NCBI GenBank assembly: GCA_964016885.1
Contig: OZ024762.1
Coordinates: forward strand, 2,542,001 to 2,606,000
Length of the DNA: 64,000 bases
Direction: 5' to 3'
Source of the DNA: Eledone cirrhosa
Taxonomy: Eukaryota
Made by a program: the position numbers and the translations under genes. Position 1 is the first letter of the stretch; each line of letters starts with the position of its first letter. Below, piece by piece: positions 49,031-62,300 of this stretch. The notes beneath the pieces were generated by a model that was not told the DNA's origin, did not search any database, and saw only the letters and a list, made by a program, of their open reading frames with translations.

Positions 49031-49226
49031 AGAGATAGAGGAAGAATCTATCTCTTTTTCACTTCCATTCTCTCACACTTTCTCTGGAAGAAATCTCTTG
49101 CATTCAGACCAATTATTTATTTCAATTGTCCTAGAAATGCCGTACATATGTCAACACAATCTACAAGTGTTGCTGTACACTCTCTAACATTCGGGTCCCA
49201 AATAATAGGGGATGGTGTGGAATAAG

Positions 49227-49292
<66 letters not shown>

Positions 49293-50214
49293 TACACTCA
49301 CTTATAGGTGGCAATCATTGTGACCTCATTGGTGTCACGTGGTTTCACTCACTTTCCTATCTAGCAGTGAGAGGAGGGAAGGAACTATATTTAATATTAC
49401 GCACGAAACTCTTCATTCTGGGAAATTGAAACTGGAATTTTGCGCAGCAGGATTGGCGGAGGAATGACAAACTAAACCATATCAACCTTTTCATGATAAT
49501 ATTTTAACAGAAATATATTGTAATGACAGAGTTAATCTAGGATATGGACAGTTGTGTTGTTACAGGTTAAATTCCGTTTTACCGAATACCATTATAACGA
49601 ATGTTTAAGTATAACGCAATTTTTTTCAATCTTCGTCCACTTATAACTGGAAGGGTCGTTAGGGGCAGAGTCCTCAAACATCCTTCCATCTGGTCCTGTC
49701 AGAAGCAACAGTCCCCAACTGATCTAGTTGGATCCCCAGGCGAGATCAGCCGAGCTCATAGATGTTATCCAACCATCATTGCTCGGAGTCTTCCCCTAGG
49801 TCTCCTACTGGTTGGTTTTGCCCGTAAAATCTGTCCAGCGATTTTCTGTTGATTTAAAAAAAATAATCAAGGGTAAAGTCACTTAAATTGATCCCAGTGT
49901 GTTACTGGTACTTTATTTTATCAACCACGTAAGAATGAAAGGCAAAGCTAACCTCAGCCGGATTTGAACTCAGAACGAAAAGAGACGTAACTCTATGTGG
50001 CAAAATATGTTGTCCGATACTCTACCGATTTTACTACCTTTCATCCTTTCGAAGCCGATAAAATAGAGTACCAGTTAAATACTGGAGTCGATATAATAGA
50101 CTTTCCCCTCCTCCCCCCTCCTAAATTGTTGGCTTTGTGTCTAAAGTGGAAACAATTATAGAAAACTGGTTTGGAGGAAAACAAAAATATGTTTACATAG
50201 AATTATTACTTGAG

Positions 50215-50480
50215 ATATAGAGAGGGGGAGAGTTTGGTGTTAATTGATAGAGAGAGGGGGATTGGAAGAGAATCCCGTGTAGTAGATATAGAGAGGGGGA
50301 GAGTTTGGGGCTAATTGATAGAGAGAGGGGGATTGGAAGAGAGTCCCGTGTAGTAGATATGGAGAAGGGGAGAGTTTGGTATTAATTGATTTAGAGAGGG
50401 GGATTGGAAGAGAGTCCCGTGTAGTAGATATAGAGAGGGGGAGAGTTTGGTGCTAATTGATATAGAGAGGGGGAGAGTTT
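50215..50480. repeat. About 70-bp purine-rich tandem repeat
   Basis: About 3.5 copies. Confidence 0.85.
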
Positions 50481-51224
50481 GTTGGCACTCTCGGGCTCCA
50501 AATAATAGGAGGGGTGGCAATAATGGGGGAGGGGGTCTAGGGAAATCAGTAATTGTATAGGGTACCTTCGTAAATATAGGATTTCTTGTAATGTTCTTCT
50601 TTTGTCATCTATGAAGTTCTTTTAGTGTAAAATAAAATAATTATTAGATTCTCCAGCTGCTGTATCAATATGAATCACTTACAATAAAATTTCGCCGGAG
50701 ATAGATTAGCAAAATTTAATAAGCGGGTAAGGGGTGGGGCTGGAATAAAAACTTGGTGTGGGGATCTGACAAATTAATAAGCGGGGGTGGGGACGATTAT
50801 TCCAGAAAAGAGTACCTAAATTATTGACGGACGTAAGAATGAAAACTCAATATCTAAGTAGACTGCATTGAATGGTTTTTGAAATAATATATATATATTA
50901 TTTCAAAAACCATTCAATGCATAATATTTGCTCTACGGTTCTTATATATTTGATATATATTTATCCTTATCGAGCCCTCTTTGGATTTTAGTCTTCAAAT
51001 TTATTATTATTACTATATATATATATATGAAATACCCATGATCGTTTGGTAAATCACTGATGAGGGACTCATTTTATAACATGTTATCCATGTGCAACCA
51101 GCAGTATTCTTCTCACCCATATTTTTCATATATATATATATATATGATTACCCACTCTACTACCCCAAGTATTGAGTACTTTGGTGCGTTATGGTCCACC
51201 TGGTTCCTTACCACATTTCCTTCG

Positions 51225-51318
<94 letters not shown>

Positions 51319-51523
51319 CGTTTCTGAATTTGTTTAGCAAGATTCTTTATCTGAAATCGTGTGTTGAAACCGATATTGTTATACTTTGGGAGGGTCATGT
51401 TGCCAACCAACCAGAAATTTATAAGTTTATAAATTTGTAAATTTATAAATATATAATAAATTGAAGTGAAAGCAACTGGTGCGTGTGTTTCTTATTGGCA
51501 ACATGACCCTCCCAAAGTATAAC

Positions 51524-51569
<46 letters not shown>

Positions 51570-51572
<3 letters not shown>

Positions 51573-51791
51573 CTAATCACCCACTTACCTATTGATCTGG
51601 CGACCTAATCACCTAATGACCCACTTACCTATTGATCTGGCGACCTAATGGCCTCATCACCCACTTACCTATTGATCTGGTGACCTAATCACCCACTAAC
51701 CTATTGATCTGGCGACCTAATCACCTAATCACCCACTTACCTATTGATCTGGCGACCTAATCACCTAATCACCCACTTACCTATTGATCTG
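51570..51791. repeat. 40-bp minisatellite (acctaatcacctaatcacccacttacctattgatctggcg)
   Basis: 6 copies. Confidence 0.9.
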
Positions 51792-52293
51792 ATAAACGAA
51801 GGGTTCAAACCGAACAACTTAATAAATAATAATTTCTTTATTAGCCACAAAGGGCTCACATTAAGGAAACATTAAAGACGATACAATAAATAATTGTTTC
51901 TACTTTTGGCACAAGGCCAGCTATTACCTCAGTGTATTACTGGTACTTTATTTTATCGATCCCCGTAAGGATGAAAGGCAAAGTTAACCTCGGCGGGATT
52001 TGAACTCACACAGTAAAGGGGCGTAACTCTGTGCTACAAAGCATGGCGTCCGACCTTCTACCGACACTGCCAAAGGTCTGCAAGAATCCCTTAAACAAAG
52101 GGTTGAAACGGAAGACCTTAATAAATAATAAGGGCTGAAAGAATCCCTAAAATTGACCAACTTTTATTTCTGGTTTCAGAGGAATCACATCGGAATTTTT
52201 GAAACGAAAATAATAAATAAATAAATAAATAAATAAATTATTGTTTTTATTATTTTTTCCGTTGGTTTGACTTCATCAACGCCATTAATATCG

Positions 52294-52333
<40 letters not shown>

Positions 52334-52600
52334 TTCTCTCTCTGTCTCTCTTTGGTTCTCTTACTCTTTCTTTCTCTCGCTTTTTCGTTCTCTTTCTTTC
52401 ACTCTCTCCCACTCTGTCTCTCTCTCTCCCAGTTCCCCCTCCCCCCACGCTCCCTCTCTCCGCCTCACTGTCCCTCTCTCCACCTCTCCCCACCTCTCTC
52501 TCTCCCTCTATCCACCTCTCTCTCACTCTCTCCCTCTCCCTCTCCTCACCTCTCTCCACCTCTCCCTCTCCCTCTCACTCTCTCCACCTCTCTCTCTCTC

Positions 52601-52688
<88 letters not shown>

Positions 52689-53483
52689 CCTCTCTCCACC
52701 TCTCCCTATATGTTCATCTTTTAACAATGTCCAGGTAAGACAGTTTCCAGAAATCACTTCACATTCAAATATTTTTTTACCCATTTAATGATAAATATTT
52801 CTCATCTACCTGTCCACCTACATGTCTGTCTCCACCTACATGTCTGTCTGTCCACCTACATGTCTGTCTGTCCACCTACATGTCTGTCTGTCTGTTAGAC
52901 TGTATGTAAAATCCCCGGCATGTGTCTTTGTTTTGTCCCCTTTTCTTGTGCGCCCTTGTGGCCTGACAGAATGGGCCTTCTCTCTATATCAACCTGTAGG
53001 TTGAGGAAGAGGAGGAAGAGAGGAAAGGAGTGCTCACTGTTCGTACTCCTGGAGATGAGGGTTGCACATTTTTTTTTCGGGGGTATGTGTCACCCATAAT
53101 TAATGTCTCCCTCCCTATTGGGGAAAATCGCTTGTTTTTTTTAAATTTTCATCTGTGATATTGTTTTACACGTTTTTATTGAATGTAAACTTCCCCCATT
53201 GTGTTTGTCCCCTTCTTTTGTGCCCTTGTGGCTAATAAAGAAATATATCTATCTATCTCTCTATCTCTCTATCTCTCTATGTATCTGTCTGTCTGTCCCT
53301 CTGTCCTTCTGTCCTTCTGTCCCTCTGTCCCTCTGTCTCTCTATGTATCTGTCCATCTGTCCCTCTGCCCCTCAGTCCCTCTGTCCATCTGTCCTTCTGT
53401 CCCTCTGTCCATCTGTCCCTCTGCCCCTCAGTCCCTCTGTCTGTCTGTCTGTCCCTCTATATTCATCCTATTAAGTGATATTG

Positions 53484-53497
53484 GTCTCCATGGCGAT
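53484..53497 (+). promoter_or_regulatory. RFX X-box-like motif GTCTCCATGGCGAT
   Basis: Near-consensus X-box (GTYNCC-AT-GGYAAC) about 480 bp upstream of the ATG of a putative ciliary gene. Confidence 0.5.
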
Positions 53498-53693
53498 GTC
53501 TTTATCAAACCCTGGACCTTTTCTCACTAAGATGGTTAGATTACATCCGGAACTTTGGTTAGAGACTCTTGGAGATGATCACTTCTGAAAGGACCCTCAG
53601 GGAGGTGTACTTGACGATTCTGACTCCCGCCCTCGCCCTGCAAGTGTTGTTGTTGTTGGTGATGGTGGTGGTGGCGATGGTGGTGGTGGGAAT

Positions 53694-53737
<44 letters not shown>

Positions 53738-53825
53738 ATCTTATTCCAATGTTGTTATTAGTCAACAGATGATGCTGTATTGGTATTGCTGGTGGTGCTG
53801 GTAGCAGAGGCGGAGCAGACAGGCA

Positions 53826-53888
<63 letters not shown>

Positions 53889-53909
53889 TGAGAGAGGGAT
53901 AGAGAGAGT

Positions 53910-53963
<54 letters not shown>

Positions 53964-53977
53964 AGAAAAAGAAAGAC

Positions 53978-54045
53978 ATGGCCCCAGAGATGGATAAAAA
54001 CCTGAAGAAATTTACAGGTGCCCCTTTCGGAATACGAAGACAGAG
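53978..54045 (+). CDS. CIMAP2: CIMAP2/LEXM-like (ciliary microtubule-associated protein 2) coding exon 1 (MAPEMDKNLKKFTGAPFGIRRQ)
   Basis: gacATGG start; AG|gtaagt donor; KFTGAPFG recalls vertebrate LEXM/C1orf177 WFTGAPFGVQSHRFD. Confidence 0.7.
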
Positions 54046-54690
54046 GTAAGTAATATTGTATATATATTACAGGGGTATATATAGCACCGGGGTATATATA
54101 ATACTGTGTATATATATAATACTGTGTATATATATAATACTGTGGTATATATAGTAATTGTTTCTACTTTAGGCACAAGGCCAGCAATTACCCAGTGCAT
54201 TACTGGTACTTTATTTTATCGACCCCGTAAGGATGAAAGGCAAAGTCAACCTCGGCGGGATTTGAACTCAGATCGTAAAGGGACGTAACTCTATGGTGGA
54301 AAGCATGGCGTCCGACCCTCTACCGGGGTAGATATATAATACTGTGGTATATATATAATACTGTGTATATATATATTACAGGGGTATATATAGCACCAGG
54401 GTATATGTAATACTGTGTATATATATATTACAGGGGTATATATATAATACTGTGTATATATATATTACAGGGGTATATATAGCACCAGGGTATATGTAAT
54501 ACTGTGTATATATATATTATAGGGGAATATATATAATACTGTGTATATATATATTACAGGGGTATATATATAATACTGTGTATATATATATTTATAATAA
54601 ATGTGGTTGGTGTTACGAAGGGTATCCAGCTGTCGAACCCAAGCTAGAAACAGTTCTGTATTAGAAAGACATTGTCATCTGATCTGACTT

Positions 54691-55623
54691 GTGGTAGTAG
54701 TAGTGGTGGTAGTGGTAGTGGTAGTGGTAGTGGTGGTGGTGGTAGTGGTAGTAGTAGTGGTAGTGGTGGTGGTGGTGGTGGTGGTAGTGGTAGTGGTGGT
54801 GGTGGAAGTGGTAGTGGTAGTGGTGGTGGTAGTGGTAGTAGTGGTGGTGGTGGTGGTAGTGGTAGTGGTAGTGGTTGTGGTGGTGGTAGTGGTAGTAGTG
54901 GTGGTGGTAGTGGTGGTAGTGGTAGTGGTGGTAGTAGTAGTAGTGGTAGTGGTAGTGGTGGTGGTGGTGGTAGTGGTGGTAGTGGTGGTAGTGGTAGTAG
55001 TGGTGGTGGTGGTGGTAGTGGTAGTGGTGGTGGTGGTGCTAATGGTAGTGATGGTGGTGGTAATGGTAGTAGTGGTGGTGGTAGTGGTAGTGGTAGTAGT
55101 GGTGGTGGTGGTGGTAGTGGTAGTAGTGGTGGTGGTGGTGGTGGTAGTGGTAGTGGTAGTAGTGGTGGTGGTGGTAGTGGTAGTAGTGGTGGTGGTAGTG
55201 GTAGTGGTAGTAGTGGTGGTGGTGGTGGTAGTGGTAGTGGTAGTAGTGGTGGTGGTGGTAGTGGTGGTAGTGGTAGTGGTAGTGGTAGTGATAGTAGTGG
55301 TGGTGGTGGTAGTGGTGGTAGTGGTGGTGGTAGTGGTAGTAGTAGTAGTGGTAGTGGTAGTGATAGTAGTGGTGGTGGTGGTAGTGGTGGTAGTGGTGGT
55401 GGTAGTGGTAGTAGTAGTAGTGGTAGTGGTAGTGATAGTGGTAGTGGTGGTGGTGGTAGTGTTAGTAGTAGTGGTGGTGATGGTAGCAGTAGTAGTAGTG
55501 GTGGTGATGGTAGTGGTAGTAGTAGTGGTAGTGGTGGTGCTAGTGGTAGTAGTAGCAGTTTTAGTAGTGGTAGTGGTGGTAGTAGTAGCAATAGTAGTAG
55601 TAGCAGCAGCAGCAGTAGTAGTA
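54691..55623. repeat. (GGT/AGT)n trinucleotide tract
   Basis: About 930 bp, intronic. Confidence 0.95.
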
Positions 55624-55931
55624 GACCTTATCTCAAGATTTAAACTGTGAAAGTTCCAGTAGAAGAACTTATCTCAGTATCTCAAAATCTGTAATCAGAA
55701 ATTAATGGCCGATGTTGTTGTAGATGTTGTTGCCCTTCAGGATTTTCAAGGTCACCCACAGACGGGGTGGGATTGGAGGTGTGTGTTGATGGAGCAGGAG
55801 GGAGGGGAGGTTCATTGGGGCCTGGTCACTGAGCTGTTACCAGAGTAGGGTAGCAATAGACAAAAAAACATAGGTAAAGTTAAGGTAAAGTAGCTACCTA
55901 TATTGCTTAATTGTAATGAGTTAATTAAAAG

Positions 55932-55979
55932 CTTGTCTGATGACCCTGTGGTAAACAGGTGAAACTCCAGAGTAATAAG
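55932..55979 (+). ncRNA. Type I hammerhead ribozyme motif
   Basis: cttgt-CTGATGA-c cctgt(ggtaa)acagg t-GAAA-ctc(ca)gag-TA-ataag. Confidence 0.65.
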
Positions 55980-56806
55980 ACTCACTATTTGGCCTTTATA
56001 TAATAAATATTTAACCCTTTAGCATTCAAGCCAGCCGTATCAGGCCAGAATTCTCTCACCTCCTTCTGATCAAACCGATTGTAACCAGCCAGAATTCTCC
56101 CACCTAGTTCTCTTCAAACTGGCTGTAACTAGTTGCTCATACTTATGTTAAGGTATGGTTCTCAAAATAAATAATATCAAAATCTTATCAAAATCGATAT
56201 TATGTGAGATAGAGTGTTAACTGTGAAAATACAATAGTATATATAGAGTAATGCAAATATCAAAGAGTTAAACTGTACTTCATGACCTATAGGTGGGAAG
56301 TGGTGGAGGTCAACCACCAGGGTGGGGTAAACCAGGGTGAGGTTCCTCTAACAGCAGCGAGAATGCTCTGAAGTTCGGATATAAAGGTATGTAATTTATT
56401 ATGCTTTTCCACGAAAAGCACTAAAACACTGCGCATATATGTGTTTGTGTGTGGGGTGGGGTGGGGGAGTTGTGTGTGTGTGTGTGTGTGTGTGTGTGAT
56501 CATTGTCATTTTAATGTCTGCTAAAACACTGTGCATGTATATATATATATATCATCATCATCATCATGTTAACGTCTGCTTCTTTCCCTGCTAACATGGG
56601 TTGGACAGGTCGATATAGACCAAGTCCGTATTGAAGTGGAGCGACTTATCCCCCAGGCAGACCAGGGACCTGTGTGCTCTTGTATGGTCTCATGTTCCAT
56701 CGAGTGTTCACGAGAGGTTGTCGTGCCTTTCACACAACTGAGAGTCTTCCTAACCCTTTATTTGGCAACATTTCTATGGCTGGATGTCCTTCCTTTCACC
56801 CGATTC

Positions 56807-56963
<157 letters not shown>

Positions 56964-57324
56964 CAATATTAATAAATGGAAACTATATTTATAAAACCAT
57001 ATTTATTTCATTATACATATTTCAGGGATACCAAATTAAATTATGGTGTCCTTTCATCAAACAAAATACAATATATAACAGTTTTACAAATAAGCTTTGA
57101 CGTACCCTTTTAAAATGCAACCATTATTTTTGGAAGCCATCCGGATAGGCATACCATAATTTAATTTGGTATCCCTGAAATATGTATAATGAAATAAATA
57201 TGGTTTTATAAATATAGTTTCCATTTATTAATATCGTATATCTACTCCAAATACTTGTCGAGTGCTTTATATCAGTTATAAAAATATTTACTTGTTGTAT
57301 CCCAACAATTTTAAATAGAACTTT

Positions 57325-57377
<53 letters not shown>

Positions 57378-58397
57378 ATACTTGGGGAGGGTCATATTTG
57401 CGTAATATTGCCAGAATTAATAACAGAACACACTCACTGTTTGGTTGGTTTTCGCTTCTCGCTGTCTTTTATATCTGCGATCTAACTTACTCGGTCCTCA
57501 ATGTTGCCATTGACTGACCGACGGTCAAAAATAATACAGATACAATATAGACACAAACACATATATATAGTTTACATAATTTACATAAATCTTTCGTTGC
57601 ACATCTGCAACATCGTCAGTGGTGTTATATTCTTTGTTCCTCCTGTTGTGTTGTATGTCTACGCCATTTTTTATTCAGTCTGTCATATATATATATGTAT
57701 ATGTGTTAGGAAGGGCATCCAGCTGTAGAAATCAACCCAGAATCAGTTCCCGTATGAGCAAGGCATATGGTCTGTCATATGTATATATATATATATATAT
57801 ATATAATCTACAGTGTTGTTCCAAAAACAGTAAATAAAATTAGGTTACCTTTCTCCCCACCCATGGGAACCTAATTTTATTTACAAAAAAAGAAAAACAA
57901 ACATAAACTTTGAACGGGGGGTAGGTGGGGAGGTTGTGGTGTGTCAAGAAAATTGATTAAAACCTTCAAGTGGGTGATATATGTGGAGGGTGAAGGAGGT
58001 CGGTGGTGTGTGTGCTGCTTACATAAGCAGTCAATTGATAACCTTTATATATATGGTTGTGTGAGGTGTGGGGAGGTAGGTGTATACGCGCGCGCGTGTG
58101 TGTGTGTGTGTGTGTGTGTGTCACAGGGGGGGTGAAAGAGTGTGTGTGTGTTTTATAGATATGCACACATTCACATTTATACAGACACACACAGAGTTAC
58201 ACACACACACATATATATGTCATCATCATCATCATCATCATCATCGTTTTACGGCTGTTCTTCCACGCTAGCATGGGTTAGACGGGTTGTCCTGTTGTGG
58301 GCAATAGCCGGTCAGCTGACCATGCCTTGCTCATACGGGAACTGATTCTGGGTTGATTTCTACAGCTGGATGCCCTTCCTAACACATATACATATAT

Positions 58398-58467
<70 letters not shown>

Positions 58468-58933
58468 CGAAGGAAATGTGGTAAGGAACCAGGTGGACCA
58501 TAACGCACAAAAGTACTCAATACTTAGGGTAGTAGAGTGGGTAATAGGAACGAGTTTCGACGGCTAATTCTGGACTAATTTTAGTCCAGAATTAGCCGTC
58601 GAAACGGCTTGAGCTCTGCCGTCGGGGTCCTACTCGTTCCTATATATATATATATCATCATCATCGTTTAATATCTATCGTCCACACTAGTATGGGTTAG
58701 ACGTGTTTGTCCCACTTGATGCATGTTGGGTCAGGTGACCGTGTCTTGCTCATATACGACTGTTTCTGGCTGGTTTTCTACGGCTGGATGCCCTTCCTAA
58801 CGCCAACATAACTTTGCAGAGAAAGGATGGTGTGGGTGGAAGTGGGAGGATGGAGTAGGGGATGTGGGGTTGGGTGTAATTGGGCTAAGAGGTGCCTACT
58901 GATATATATATATTTATATATATATATATATAT

Positions 58934-59038
<105 letters not shown>

Positions 59039-59049
59039 TATTGGTGCTC

Positions 59050-59118
<69 letters not shown>

Positions 59119-59221
59119 ATATATATATACATTTATATACATAAATATATACATATACACAGATATACACACACATATATATACACACACACATATATAT
59201 ATATGTATATTTCTCCTTTAG

Positions 59222-59297
59222 GTTTGATCCAGGAGGATTACACCCTCACTTGAAAGGTTCAGGATGTCATATTAAGGTTGAGTCTCATTCCAAATCA
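59222..59297 (+). CDS. CIMAP2: CIMAP2/LEXM-like coding exon 2 ([26 protein letters not shown])
   Basis: ttctcctttag| acceptor; phase 2 joins AG+G to give R-F-D; gtaagt donor; gene continues beyond the window. Confidence 0.68.
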
Positions 59298-59398
59298 GTA
59301 AGTAAGACAAACTACGATTTAGATTTAGTTTTAACTCTTTATGTCATCTCTCAAAACTCTGGGACACCAGATCTTATTGAAGTTATTGTCCTAACGCT

Positions 59399-62300
59399 GT
59401 AGGTAAGACAATAGGACAAAGTTTGTAAGACAAACTTTGTAAGACAAAGTTTGTAAGACAAAGTTTGTAGGTAAGACAAAGTTTGTAAGACAAACTTTGT
59501 AAGACAAACTTTGTAGGTAAGACAAACTTTGTAAGACAAACTTTGTAGGTAAGACAAACTTTGTAAGACAAACTTTGTAAGACAAACTTTGTAAGACAAA
59601 CTTTGTAGGTAAGACAAAGTTTGTAAGACAAACTTTGTAGGTAAGACAAACTTTGTAAGACAAACTTTGTAAGACAAACTTTGTAAGACAAACTTTGTAG
59701 GTAAGACAAAGTTTGTAAGACAAACTTTGTAAGACAAACTTTGTAGGTAAGACAAAGTTTGTAAGACAAACTTTGTAGGTAAGACAAACTTTGTAAGACA
59801 AACTTTGTAAGACAAACTTTGTAGGTAAGACAAAGTTTGTAAGACAAACTTTGTAGGTAAGACAAACTTTGTAAGACAAACTTTGTAGGTAAGACAAACT
59901 TTGTAAGACAAACTTTGTAGGTAAGACAAACTTTGTAAGACAAACTTTGTAGGTAAGACAAACTTTGTAAGACAAAGTTTGTAGGTATGACAAACTTTGT
60001 AGGTAAGACAAACTTTGTAAGACAAACTTTGTAGGTAAGACAAACTTTGTAAGACAAACTTTGTAGGTAAGACAAACTTTGTAAGACAAACTTTGTAGGT
60101 AAGACAAACTTTGTAAGACAAACTTTGTAGGTAAGACAAACTTTGTAAGACAAACTTTGTAGGTATGACAAACTTTGTAGGTAAAACAAACTTTGTAAGA
60201 CAAACTTTGTAGGTAAGACAAACTTTGTAAGACAAAGTTTGTAGGTAAGACAAACTTTGTAGGTAAGACAAACTTTGTAAGACAAAGTTTGTAGGTATGA
60301 CAAACTTTGTAGGTAAAACAAACTTTGTAAGACAAACTTTGTAGGTAAGACAAACTTTGTAAGACAAACTTTGTAGGTAAGACAAACTTTGTAAGACAAA
60401 GTTTGTAGGTATGACAAACTTTGTAGGTAAGACAAACTTTGTAAGACAAACTTTGTAGGTAAGACAAACTTTGTAAGACAAACTTTGTAGGTAAGACAAA
60501 CTTTGTAAGACAAACTTTGTAGGTAAGACAAACTTTGTAAGACAAAGTTTGTAGGTATGACAAACTTTGTAGGTAAGACAAACTTTGTAAGACAAACTTT
60601 GTAGGTAAGACAAACTTTGTAAGACAAAGTTTGTAGGTAAGACAAACTTTGTAAGACAAACTTTGTAGGTAAGACAAACTTTGTAAGACAAAGTTTGTAG
60701 GTAAGACAAACTTTGTAAGACAAAGTTTGTAGGTAAGACAAACTTTGTAAGACAAACTTTGTAGGTAAGACAAACTTTGTAGGTAAGACAAACTTTGTAA
60801 GACAAAGTTTGTAGGTATGACAAACTTTGTAGGTAAGACAAACTTTGTAAGACAAACTTTGTAGGTAAGACAAACTTTGTAAGACAAACTTTGTAGGTAA
60901 GACAAACTTTGTAAGACAAACTTTGTAGGTATTACAAACTTTGTAAGCCAAAGTTTGTAGGTAAGACAAACTTTGTAAGACAAAGTTTGTAGGTATGACA
61001 AACTTTGTAAGACAAACTTTGTAGGTATGACAAACTTTGTAGGTAAGACAAAGTTTGTAGGTATGACAAACTTTGTAAGACAAAGTTTGTAGGTAAGACA
61101 AACTTTGTAAGACAAAGTTTGTAGGTATGACAAACTTTGTAAGACAAACTTTGTAGGTATGACAAACTTTGTAAGACAAACTTTGTAGGTATGACAAACT
61201 TTGTAGGTAAGACAAAGTTTGTAGGTATGACAAACTTTGTAAGACAAAGTTTGTAGGTAAGACAAACTTTGTAAGACAAAGTTTGTAGGTATGACAAACT
61301 TTGTAAGACAAACTTTGTAGGTATGACAAACTTTGTAGGTAAGACAAAGTTTGTAGGTATGACATACTTTGTAAGACAAAGTTTGTAGGTAAGACAAACT
61401 TTGTAAGACAAAGTTTGTAGGTATGACAAACTTTGTAAGACAAACTTTGTAGGTATGACAAACTTTGTAGGTAAGACAAACTTTGTAGGTATGACAAACT
61501 TTGTAGGTATGACAAACTTTGTAGGTATGACAAACTTTGTAAGACAAAGTTTGTAGGTATGACAAACTTTGTAGGTATGACAAACTTTGTAGGTATGACA
61601 AACTTTGTAGGTATGACAAACTTTGTAAGACAAAGTTTGTAGGTATGACAAAGTTTGTAAGACAAAGTTTGTAGGTATTACAAACTTTGTAGGTATGACA
61701 AACTTTGTAAGACAAAGTTTGTAGGTATGACAAACTTTGTAAGACAAAGTTTGTAGGTATGACAAACTTTGTAGGTATGACAAACTTTGTAAGACAAACT
61801 TTGTAGGTAAGACAAACTTTGTAAGACAAAGTTTGTAGGTAAGACAAACTTTGTAGGTAAGACAAAGTTTGTAAGACAAAGTTTGTAGGTATGACAAACT
61901 TTGTAGGTATGACAAACTTTGTAAGACAAAGTTTGTAGGTAAGACAAACTTTGTAAGACAAACTTTGTAATACAAAGTTTGTAAGACAAAGTTTGTAGGT
62001 AAGACAAACTTTGTAGGTAAGACAAACTTTGTAAGACAAACTTTGTAGGTAAGACAAACTTTGTAAGACAAAGTTTGTAGGTAAGACAAACTTTGTAAGA
62101 CAAAGTTTGTAGGTAAGACAAACTTTGTAAGACAAACTTTGTAAGACAAACTTTGTAGGTATGACAAACTTTGTAGGTAAGACAAACTTTGTAGGTATGA
62201 CAAACTTTGTAGGTATGACAAACTTTGTAGGTATGACAAACTTTGTAAGACAAAGTTTGTAGGTATGACAAACTTTGTAGGTATGACAAACTTTGTAAGA

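Noticed and set aside
51056-51110. CTGATGA hammerhead core
   Set aside because: No downstream GAAA-stem III-UH arrangement.
54644-55650. Gly/Ser-rich (loricrin-like), poly-Val or poly-Pro ORFs
   Set aside because: Pure (GGT/AGT)n microsatellite with no synonymous variation, located in an intron.
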